Below are positions 50,686 to 59,322 of a stretch of DNA of 64,000 bases, in pieces. Origin of the DNA: an uncultured bacterium (GTDB lineage: Bacteria; Verrucomicrobiota; Verrucomicrobiia; Limisphaerales; UBA8199). Location of the stretch: contig CAVVMW010000014.1 of the NCBI GenBank assembly GCA_963749495.1, forward strand, positions 256,001 to 320,000, read 5' to 3'. Below the pieces are notes generated by a model. It was not told the origin of the DNA and did no database searches. It saw only the letters and a program-made list of their open reading frames with translations. Every line of letters starts with the position of its first letter. Position 1 is the first letter of the stretch. The position numbers were made by a program, and so were the translations under genes.

Positions 50686-50800
50686 GTGGAGGGGTCAGTC
50701 CTAGAAAAATGACAAAACTGCCTTTAACAGCAATGCTTTGCTCGCGAGAAACGATGCTGACACAGCCAATATGTCATTTTTCTAGGACTGACCCCTCCAC
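50686..50800. repeat. 29-bp perfect inverted repeat with 57-nt spacer (REPIN/MITE-like)
   Basis: GTGGAGGGGTCAGTCCTAGAAAAATGACA (50686-50714) and its exact reverse complement (50772-50800). Confidence 0.9.
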
Positions 50801-51068
50801 ATATGTCAAGTTGAGGCGTGAGAGGGCCGAAGCGAAAGGGGAGCGCATCGTTGCGGAGGAGTTGAAGCGTTTGCGATGGAGCCCGGATGACTTGAAGGGG
50901 CACTTGAAGGGCGACCCGGCAAAGCTGGCCCTGGTGGCGCGGTTGCGGCGCGAGACCACCTTGACCATCCGCCAAATCGCCGAGCGGTTGCACATGGGCA
51001 GTTGGAAGAGCCTGAACAACAAGCTGTATCTGCGCCGCAAGACCGAGCCGGAGGAGGTCAAAAAGTGA
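50801..51068 (+). pseudogene. C-terminal remnant of a RAYT-like transposase
   Basis: KGDPAKLALVARLRRETTLTIRQIAERLHMGS HTH; followed by pyrimidine-rich tandem repeats at 51078-51154. Confidence 0.65.
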
Positions 51069-51336
51069 AAAGTTATGGTTTGACGCTTTTCTCTTTTGGT
51101 TTGACGCTTTTCTCTTTTCTCTTTTCTGACCCTTTTCCCTTTTCCCTTTTCCCTGAAGTGTCGTAGCGTGGGGCCGATTGCGCAATCGCTGTGCTCACGT
51201 TGGCAACGAGAAGGGCGAACAATAGAAGGTTCTTGACGGTGTTCACTGATAGGAATTCGGTTTTTTGCCGCGGCGCCGGTTATTGACGCCGTGCGGGTGA
51301 TCATGTTAACGGTTGCGGTCCATGGCGGCGCGTCTT

Positions 51337-51579
51337 CTATTTCCCCCCTCTGGCCAGGAGAATGCACTTACAATATTTCTGGTCGCATCCTGCGAGAGGC
51401 AACTGAGGCGCGTCCTGGATCTCGAAGACCCTGCCTTTCACGGCGCGGTAGGCATCGCATTCATCCTCTTCGCAGTTGCAGCCGAGGACCTGGACGAATT
51501 TGATTCCGGCTTCCCGAAAGCTCTGGAGCCGGCGGCGGGACATTTCCCGCACCTCCTCATTTGGGATCGGCTCACTCAT
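51337..51579 (-). CDS. Small Cys-rich hypothetical protein
   Basis: 80 aa; C..C..G..F.I..AP.LP..C..CKC pattern; ATGA overlap with the upstream gene. Confidence 0.6.
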   Translation of the reverse strand: MSEPIPNEEVREMSRRRLQSFREAGIKFVQVLGCNCEEDECDAYRAVKGRVFEIQDAPQLPLAGCDQKYCKCILLARGGK

Positions 51580-51923
51580 CTGGCCGGGCGCTTGAAGATC
51601 AATTGGACCATGCCGGTTCTATTGTTCTGGCGCTTCTCCCCGAGGATCGAACCGTATTCAGTTTCGGCCAATGGAACTGCCGCAACCAACTCCCATCCCT
51701 CCCGGCCAATCTCGAACAGATCGTAACTGATCGTTCCAGGAAGGAGCTTTATGCCCTCGCGACTTTCGATCTCCTTGGCGCTAAATCCGCCCTTCTCCGC
51801 AGCCTTGCGGCACGTGTTCTCCAATTCGACCACTTTGTATTCCCATTTGGCGGCGCTCTGCGGGACCGGCCGGCAGGCGCTGAGGAGGATGCCGAGACAA
51901 AAGAGGGGCAGGGGGATTTTCAT
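51576..51923 (-). CDS. Lipoprotein, DUF4177-like
   Basis: Lipobox LSAC; KWEYKVV, GREGWELV and IFKRP motifs. Confidence 0.75.
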   Translation of the reverse strand: MKIPLPLFCLGILLSACRPVPQSAAKWEYKVVELENTCRKAAEKGGFSAKEIESREGIKLLPGTISYDLFEIGREGWELVAAVPLAETEYGSILGEKRQNNRTGMVQLIFKRPAR

Positions 51924-52264
51924 GATTGCGGCCTTTTCTTTCCGCCCGAGCGCGCGGCATCGAGGGCGGAGGCGAGCGGGGACTTATCAGAACGCCTCGG
52001 ATGGTTGAGGATGGAGCCGCCCGTGGATGGCTGATAGCGGACGCTGCTTGCTGGCGCCGGGACGCGGATACGGCGATCGCGTCTGGCGGCGGCCCGGTCG
52101 ATGGGGATGGCAGCGCGCTCCAGTTTATCCAGGGTGGCCTCGAGGAGGAAATCGCTCACGCTCCGGGCTGGATTCCGCTTGAGCCATTCATCGACGGCGG
52201 CCCAGAGTTCTGGAGCAATCTGCGCTCCAATCAGCCTCTTCCCTGATGCTCGCATGTTCGGCAT
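51920..52264 (-). CDS. Putative ribbon-helix-helix transcription regulator
   Basis: MPNMRASGKRLIGAQI..LWAAVDEW..SVSDFLLEA..KL; ATGA overlap with the lipoprotein gene. Confidence 0.6.
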   Translation of the reverse strand: MPNMRASGKRLIGAQIAPELWAAVDEWLKRNPARSVSDFLLEATLDKLERAAIPIDRAAARRDRRIRVPAPASSVRYQPSTGGSILNHPRRSDKSPLASALDAARSGGKKRPQS

Positions 52265-52327
52265 ATCGGAAGGTTTAACTCCATTAAAAAAAGTTGCAAG
52301 TTTTTGTTGACAGATTCCCCTCAACGG

Positions 52328-54533
52328 CATGGCCATTTCATGAAGGACTCCCGACTTCAGACGATTCCCCCCAGGTTGCCGTCTCCTGGTTGGCACCTCC
52401 CCGCTCAAGCCGCCAGGAGTACCCAGGCCCGCAAGAATTCCCGCCCAACAGGCACCGGAAGTATTGGTGGGGTCGGGCTGATCAGTTCTGCCGACGGATC
52501 GCGGACAACAGGGCAAAGCCCACCCGCCGTGCTCAGATCCGAAAAAGCGGAGTTGAACCCGTTGGCGGATTCTGATTGGTCGAGTTGTTTAAGGCGGTTT
52601 CAAGCTGGGGCTTTTGGCGAAAAGCAAGCGCATGGCGGGACGACCATGGTCTTCGCCCATCGCGGACTGAAAATCCGTCGTCGTCAGGTATTCGGGATGG
52701 GGTTGATGAGAGCGCCATTCCATGAACAGGCTGTTGCTGATGCGGCGGAGCAGGCCCGCCACGAACATCGCATAGGGGTGGCGAATGCGGCAGCGATCGT
52801 CGTTGTGGGAAACGTCCAGGCGCTGGTGCAGACCGTTTTCAACGCCGGCAAAGCCCGGCGCGGTTCAATTCCAGCCACTTTTGTGCGTCCAGTTCCTCGG
52901 GTCCGGCGCTGGTTAGCAGCGTAACGTATTCGTCTTTGTGGCCCTGGATCTGCCGCAGCAATCGGGCGGCCTGCGCGGCAAGAGGGAAGCAAACCTGTTC
53001 AGCCGAGACCGGTTGGGTGAGGATGGAGCGGCTCTGCAGGCGGCTCTTGTTGTATTCCAGAGTGCGGAACTGAGTGGCTGTCGGCTCCCAAGGGGGGAAA
53101 ATCCGCCTTTGGGGCGGGGAGCAGTTTCTCGATGATTTGGTGGACCGTGGGTTGATTATCTTTGGCCGTGAACAGGTAGTGGCCCCCATGTTCGAGCACG
53201 ATGTCGCGGCCGGTTTCGGTTTGCGTGTGCAAGGCATCCAGCGAGACGAACCGGCCGTTGAGGTCCAGGTCGTTAAAGAGTAGGCGGGCAACCGGGATTT
53301 CGTTGGTCTTGGTGTCCACAATCGCGCTGCCCAGATAATACTGGCTGGGCGCACAGATGGCGGTGAGCACGTCTTGGCCACCGCCGTGTTTGGGCTCTTT
53401 GCCATCCAGAACGATCAACTCGTGTTTGGGCGGCGGGCCGCGCAGTCGCTCCTGGATCCGCATCAGCATTTGCTCAAGCCGGGTCCCGTCAATCTCCTCG
53501 AGCAGACGCCAAAGGGTCGGTTGGCTTGGGGCGGGGTAGCAACCGTGGCGCTTGCGGATGTGCAGGGCGGCTCGCTGCGCCTGGCTCAACTTGCGCGCGA
53601 ATTTGGCTAAATCCTTTGACCCACGTGGGGCTCCGCACAGCACCGCCAATAGATAAATGGCCAACAGCGACCAAAGCGGATAGGTCCCGATTCGCTTTCG
53701 ATAATCTGGAACTTGCTGCAGGACATCGATGATCGAGCCAATCTCTTTGGCCGTGTGCCGCGACCTTGGGCTTGCCTTGGTTTCGACCACCGCCAGCGAG
53801 GGCCGGAGATGCTCGGCTTGGAGGCTACGCCGGGCGTTGCGGCAGAGCTGGCGTACGAACAGCCGCTTGGGCTTGTCATGGCGGACGTAATAGTCCCGTT
53901 GGTGTCGCCCAGAGCCGTCGGTCTTTCCCAGCTCCTCCCAACCATTAGCGGTGTAAACCGTGCCGCAGAACTGGTCCGGATCGACAAAGGTTTCGACCAC
54001 CACAACCGGATGGCCGTAGCGGGCCTGCCTGCCGGCAGGCAGGCCTGCCAATCGCTGCTTAGACGCCCCAAGACCAGCCGTAAAACCCGGCTGCCCAAGT
54101 TGGGACAGCTCTTGTCGGGCAGGAGAAGAAACCGAATGTTGTTGGCCAGCAGGCTTAAACGCCTTTCCCGCTGCGCGTCGGTCCAACCAATCCACCGATC
54201 GCGGTGCTTGAGATGCTTGGCCGCAGCTGCGAACACCAGCACCCCAAGCCACTGGCCCTGTGCATCGGTGGCAACGTAGTAGAGTCGCTCCCCCACCGGT
54301 TTAGCGCTCCCAAGATAATGGTGCTGATCCAGCAGTTGGTTGCACCGTTCCAACTCGTTCGGCTCGAGTAATCGTACCTTGCAGACTGTCCAGGACCGCC
54401 TGGTCCTCGGAACTGGGCTTTCGATAATTCTGGCTCACGCCCCCAATCCTGAAAAATCGAGAGAAGCTTGTCCAGCCGAAAGCCAATACCCATTCTAAAT
54501 CAACGACTTACCCGCCGCCGTGAATTTGCCATG
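52328..54533 (-). mobile_element. ISAs1-like element encoding a DUF4338-fused transposase (degenerate)
   Basis: Ends CATGGCCATTTCATG / CATGGCAAATTCACG; 9-bp target duplication CCTCAACGG at 52319-52327 and 54534-54542. DUF4338 motifs HHYLG, RDRWIGW, ETFVDP; ISAs1 motifs VPDYR, LDGK, NEIP, SLDALHTQ, TAKDNQP, ENGLH. Confidence 0.85.
54024..54043. repeat. 20-bp perfect palindrome CCTGCCTGCCGGCAGGCAGG inserted in the transposase gene
   Basis: Deleting 20 nt restores DWQARYGH and fuses ORFs 53607..54353 and 52999..54252. Confidence 0.85.
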
Positions 54534-54578
54534 CCTCAACGGGGTTAAGGACTCTTAAAGACTATGCATCGTCGGAAG

Positions 54579-54777
54579 ATGAAACGGAACATTACGGGAA
54601 CCGGGAAGCTGCTCGGGGGCTAAGTCCCGAGGGCTGTGGTTCAGGGGATCAACGCGTGGACTTCGCTCAATCCGGAACGGGACATATCCACATTTATCAG
54701 GGAGGCAGCGCGCGAAAAGCTCCGGCGAGAAGGCATCCAATTCAGCGAGTCCGCCGAGCTGCGAAGAACCCGCTAAA
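54579..54777 (+). pseudogene. RHH-like regulator with in-frame TAA at 54621
   Basis: My translation: MKRNITGTGKLLGG*VPRAVVQGINAWTSLNPERDISTFIREAAREKLRREGIQF; resembles the 51920..52264 protein. Confidence 0.55.
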
Positions 54778-55360
54778 ACCGTTCAGCCTTATGCTCACAT
54801 CATTCACCGGATTTCGGGGCCAGCTGGCGCGGGCTAAACGGAGAAGCCGGCCCGAGGGGATAGCGGTTCCGACAACCACCGAGCGCGGTTGGCTTTGTGC
54901 CACCGGCGCACTAAGAGAATTTCCCATGTTGCCGCTGGCCGAGGGACTTCGCGGTCTGACAGGCGATTTGCAACGCGGAAAGTTGCTTTTGCGGCGTATC
55001 GAAATCGTGGCAGGAGGCAGTATCGTTGCCGTCGCGATAAGGGCCGGAACTTCCTCTGGCGCCAATGCCGCCGCACCCAGCGGTCGCACCAGGCCTCTTC
55101 CTCAGGCGTCGGCGCCCCATATTGCGGCTCCTGAGGAACGATCGATCCTCTGCGCGAGGGCTGTAGAAGCCAGCTATTGGCTTCAAAAAGGACGCGTTGA
55201 AACTGGAGCCACGTCACCTGGGCAGCCTGCCCGCCCGGACCGCGCCGGTCAACACCGCAACCACTAGAGCCTATGCTCACCGCATTCACCGGATTCCGAG
55301 GCCAGGCGGCGGCGGCCCACGTGGGGCAACTGGAGTTTGTGATCCTCGCCAAGAACCTAA

Positions 55361-56636
55361 GTACGCCACTTCATAAATTCGGTCACGTATTTTCTCAGGC
55401 GGCTTGAGGCAGCGCGGTGGCTTGTTCGGGAGCTAATTTGAGGAGGAGTTGGTCCAGGTCTCGACGGGTGAATTTCCACTGGAACGGTCGAGCGAGCGTC
55501 TCGAAATGGCGCTCAAACTGCCAAAGCGCATGCGCCATCTCGTCCAGGGAGCCGAAGTCGTTTGGCGTCAGGACTTTGCGCTCGATAATGGAAAAGTAGA
55601 CCTCGATCTGGTTCAGCCAACTGGCGTGAACTGGGCCATGGACCAGTTGGAGGCGCGGATAACGCTGCTGCAAGCGCCTCACGCTGGGAAGGCCCCGGTG
55701 GGAGGAGCCGTTGTCCACGATCCAAAAGACCCGGCGAGCTTGGGAGTAAGGCGGTTGGGTCATCACGCGGTCAACCAGCCGATCAAAAGGCGCGATTCCG
55801 CTGTGGAGTTCGCAACAGCCAAAGACTTTGGCGTGATGCACATCCAGGGCCGCCAGGTAAGTGCGGGCTCCCCTGCGTGCGTACTCATGCTCCACCTTCA
55901 TCGGTTGGCCAGGCCGTGGCGGTCGAGTCGGGTGAATACGGTCCCGGGCTTGAATGCTGGTCTTTTCATCGGCCGAGAGCACGAACTCGTCCTCGTGCAA
56001 AGGGTGCCCGTCCCATACCCGCTCGTAGAGGTCGAGCAGGCGCCCGGCTTTGAGGGCGAAGGCCGGGTCGCGCGGGAAGATCCAACAGCGGTGAAACCAA
56101 GGCCGGATGGCGTCCTGGTGCAACCAACGCCAGAGCGTGGTGTCGCTGATGTGGGCGACCAGCCCGGACTGGCAAACCTCTTCGGTTAGTTCGGCGAGGC
56201 TCCAACGCGACAAGGGTAGGCCTCGCTGACGAGGTAGTTCGCAAGCCAGAGCCTTAACCTGCACGACCAGTTCTGGGGGGAAAAACCCGGGGCCGACCCG
56301 GGCGGGGGAGTTCCTCCAGCCCGCGCAAGCGCTCATGGAAGAAGCGCTTACGCCAGTCACTGACGACTTCTCGGCGGGTATCCAGGCGAGCAGCAATATC
56401 GTCGTTGGCCAGACCCTCAGCCGCCATAAGGATCATTTTAGCCCGGAGGACCTCGAAATACGGTAACGTATATTTCGCCGCTCTTCGTTCCAGTTCGCGC
56501 AGTTCACCCGGGGTCAGCGTGATAGAGAATGGGCTTTTTCTAGGCATAGAATAGTACCGTTCAATGCGGCGCTATTCTATGTGAAACCGGGAAAGTCAGC
56601 AACAAAATACGTTAGTGTATTTATGAAAACGGGTAC
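55361..56636 (-). mobile_element. IS630-family element, complete
   Basis: Imperfect terminal inverted repeats GTAC..TTCATAAAT..ACGTATTTT at both ends, flanked by duplicated TAA (alternatively CTAAG). Confidence 0.85.
55395..56547 (-). CDS. IS630 transposase, two ORFs joined by a probable programmed frameshift
   Basis: HTH ORF 56254..56547 ends at a TTTTTCCCCCC slippery site (~56275-56285); DDE ORF has SADEKTSIQ, IVDNGSSH and SWLNQIE. Confidence 0.9.
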
Positions 56637-56975
56637 TAAGCGAGTTGCAGAGGGCCTATTCCCCTGAAGGCATCGGGGTCAGATCTTGTCATTTGGACAA
56701 ATAGGGATTCACGAGATTGGCGGCAGAGCCCCGTCCTGGTGACTTTGGACGCCTCGTCGCGGGAGCAGAAAAGCTGCGCATAGTCCGACTGTCCGCGGTG
56801 TCCTTGGACGGAAGGGCTCCAAGCGGCGCAAAGTGCCCTCCATGAGAAACTCTCGTGAGAAGCTGTTGCTAACTCCGCCATGGATCTGCTCTTGCCGCCG
56901 CCTGTGACCTCCAATCAAAAGCAACAAGCTAACCGTGCAACGCCCCCGAAATCCCTCGCTAGCGGCAGAATTGAC

Positions 56976-57197
56976 TCACTCCAGAAATTCTTCCGCCGTC
57001 AACCCGGTTTGCGCGATGATGGCCCGCAGGGTCCCGCGCGGGATGTCGCCGGGATGACAGGCAACCATGGTGACCCTGCCGGTTCGGCGGTTGATCCAGA
57101 ACTCGTGACTGCCCTTGCCGGGCCGGACATACTCAAACCCGCGACGGCGCAAGCAAGCCACCACGTCCCGGTACTGGAGCGCGGGAAGACGACTCAT
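56976..57197 (-). CDS. hicA: HicA family toxin
   Basis: GF..R.GKGSHEFW..H..DIPRGTLRAI. Confidence 0.9.
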   Translation of the reverse strand: MSRLPALQYRDVVACLRRRGFEYVRPGKGSHEFWINRRTGRVTMVACHPGDIPRGTLRAIIAQTGLTAEEFLE

Positions 57198-57454
57198 GCG
57201 GGGAGTGTGACCGGCAACGGCAGGGTCAGGGTCTTGGCCTTGCGTTTGACAACACGGCGCAAGGCGGGCGGCAACGGCAGTTTCTCGGAGAGATAAACCT
57301 CCATCAGGATGCGCGCATTGGCTTGGGCCAGTTCCATGGTTTCGGTCCGCGTGCGGCCTTGCACCACGAGGCCGGGCAGGTCGGGGCTGGTCGCCAAGAA
57401 GCCGCCCTCCGCCAAAGGCTCCATCTTCACACTCAACACGATTTCGGTTTCCAT
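57194..57454 (-). CDS. hicB: HicB family antitoxin
   Basis: EGGFLATSPDLPGLVVQGRT; ATGA overlap with hicA. Confidence 0.9.
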   Translation of the reverse strand: METEIVLSVKMEPLAEGGFLATSPDLPGLVVQGRTRTETMELAQANARILMEVYLSEKLPLPPALRRVVKRKAKTLTLPLPVTLPA

Positions 57455-57681
57455 GCTGCGACCTTAATGCAGGCTCTCGGAGTATTCAATCACCTTTCCA
57501 GTGGCTCCCGATAGGTCATAAAAAAGGCATTGGGGTCATGGCAGGGGTCAGACCGTAGAAAGGCCTCACGCCTCCACGCCTTGGACCTCGAAAAAAAATG
57601 CCTCATAGTCCGCATTGTCCTTAGACAATATCCGTCCCCAGCGCACACACTCCCGGCATGAAACGGCAACTGCGCCAACTC

Positions 57682-57972
57682 AGGCGTTCGGAAGGAATAA
57701 ATGTGCCAGGTATGGCGCAGGAATTTCGGCGGCTGGCGAGGCGCGAGCGAGGCGCATATCCGCCAGGATCTGTAAGGAGCGAGCAACAAAGCCAGCGGGC
57801 AAAAGCACCAGCCAGAGCTGGCACGTTTATTCCTTCCGAATGCCTCAGGCCCCGCACAGGCCGCCCACCGCAGGGGGCCAACCGCTGGTCCGGCCTCATT
57901 TCCACCAATTCACGCGATTCCCGCAATTTCGCGCACTTTCCCACAATTTCCCACAATTTCCCACAATTTCTA
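57682..57972. repeat. Inverted repeat plus decamer tandem repeat
   Basis: AGGCGTTCGGAAGGAATAAATGTGCCAG / CTGGCACGTTTATTCCTTCCGAATGCCT arms (57682-57845); (TTCCCACAAT)x3 at about 57938-57967. Confidence 0.75.
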
Positions 57973-58104
57973 AAGCCACCGGGAGAGGAGAAACATCGAG
58001 CTCGCGCCTTACCAAACCGCACCAGGGTGCAAAGGACTCGGCAGACCCCTCCCGCTGTCCAAACCCTCCGTGGTTTTGGAAAAGACCAAGGCAGGTTGCC
58101 ACCT

Positions 58105-58710
58105 CTATTCATTACCGCCTCCAAAGAAGCTCCGCACACTCCGAAGAAAGACATCGGAGACCTGAATTTGAATGGCCGGCACGCTCGCGCAGGCGACCAG
58201 GTCGCCAGGGCTGTAAAGCGCCGTCTCCCGGTAGCGCCCATTCTTGGGTTGGCGATAGACTTCGACGCCCTGATCCTGGCCGAGCACGATCCAATACTCG
58301 CGCACCCCGCCTTCGGCATAGAGCGTGGCGTTCTCGCGGTCGAGCGCCGGGCTGGAGAGAGCCACCTCAACCACCAGTTCAGCGGTCGTGGGATGAGCTT
58401 CGAAAAAATCTGCCTCCGCGCCCCGGACGACCGCAATGTCCGGCTCGGGCTCCGAGTCCGCGAACGTGATGGGGTCCTCGCGGCGCACTACGAGGCCGGC
58501 AGGCAATATCGAAGCGATTCGGTCATAAAGCCGCTTGGCTATAGCGCTGTGCAGGGGGGATTTGGACATTTTCTCAATCAAGAGACCGCGGATCAACTCT
58601 GTGCGGCGGCCTTTCCCGTTGAACTCGCCGAGCCGGTGATACTCCTCGACCGAGAGGCGCGAGAGCCGCTGACGAACTTCCGGCATTTCCAGCAGTGCTG
58701 ACATCGCCAC
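58105..58710 (-). CDS. Uma2 (DUF820) family endonuclease
   Basis: LSVEEYHRL, ELIRG, EPEPDIAV, LVVEVA and YA..GVREYWIV motifs. Confidence 0.9.
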   Translation of the reverse strand: MAMSALLEMPEVRQRLSRLSVEEYHRLGEFNGKGRRTELIRGLLIEKMSKSPLHSAIAKRLYDRIASILPAGLVVRREDPITFADSEPEPDIAVVRGAEADFFEAHPTTAELVVEVALSSPALDRENATLYAEGGVREYWIVLGQDQGVEVYRQPKNGRYRETALYSPGDLVACASVPAIQIQVSDVFLRSVRSFFGGGNE

Positions 58711-58824
58711 GTACCCTACGCATCAGCCGCCGCCCTGTCCAGGCTAGGCTCAATCGGCGTCCACATTCCCGGCGGCGGAGAAATAGGATTTGATGCCACG
58801 TTCCAAGACCGGTAAATTAGTTCC

Positions 58825-59043
58825 ATGAATTCAGAACTTGTACTTGCCCGGATTGAGGCCTTGCCGGAGGAGTCACGTCAATTGCTACTGGCATTGGTGG
58901 ATCTCTTGGCCGAAAGAGCCGACGCCGCGCCCCGACCAGAGCAAAAGCATGTGTTCAAGTTCGACTGGGAAGGCGCCCTTGCGGATGCTTTTGACGGGAC
59001 CACGTTTGTCGAGTTGCAGCACCGAGCTAACGAGTGGCGGTGA
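58825..59043 (+). CDS. DUF2281-like antitoxin
   Basis: IEALPEE..FKFDWEGAL..VELQH.A.EWR; GTGA overlap with the PIN gene. Confidence 0.75.
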   Translation: MNSELVLARIEALPEESRQLLLALVDLLAERADAAPRPEQKHVFKFDWEGALADAFDGTTFVELQHRANEWR

Positions 59044-59200
59044 ACTGGCTCGTTGACACCAACATTTTCCTGGAAGTCCTTCTGGGCCAACCCAACAAGG
59101 AGCGCTGCAAGCAATTTCTCCAGGAAAACTCGGGCCAATGCGGTCTGTCCGATTTTTCACTCCATTCCCTTGGGGTCATCACCTTCCGAGGCCGGCAGGC
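59040..59200 (+). pseudogene. Truncated VapC/PIN toxin
   Basis: MNWLVDTNIFLEVLLGQ..SDFSLHSLGV, then runs into a palindromic repeat (about 59213-59272) related to 45494-45520. Confidence 0.75.
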
Positions 59201-59322
59201 GCGGGCTTTAATGGCAGAAAGATGGGGGCAGGAAAATGGAAGTTTCCATCTTTCTGCCCCCATGTTTCTGCCTGTCTCTTTTTGGCTTGCGCCGGGGCGC
59301 GGCAGGCACAAGATACTCGCAG

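Noticed and set aside
53607..54353. Druantia defence system
   Set aside because: The DUF4338 domain lies inside an IS with terminal repeats and a target duplication; no DruE-type helicase is adjacent.
54656..55267. 203-aa ORF
   Set aside because: No motifs, low-complexity composition, and it overlaps a better-supported small regulator remnant.
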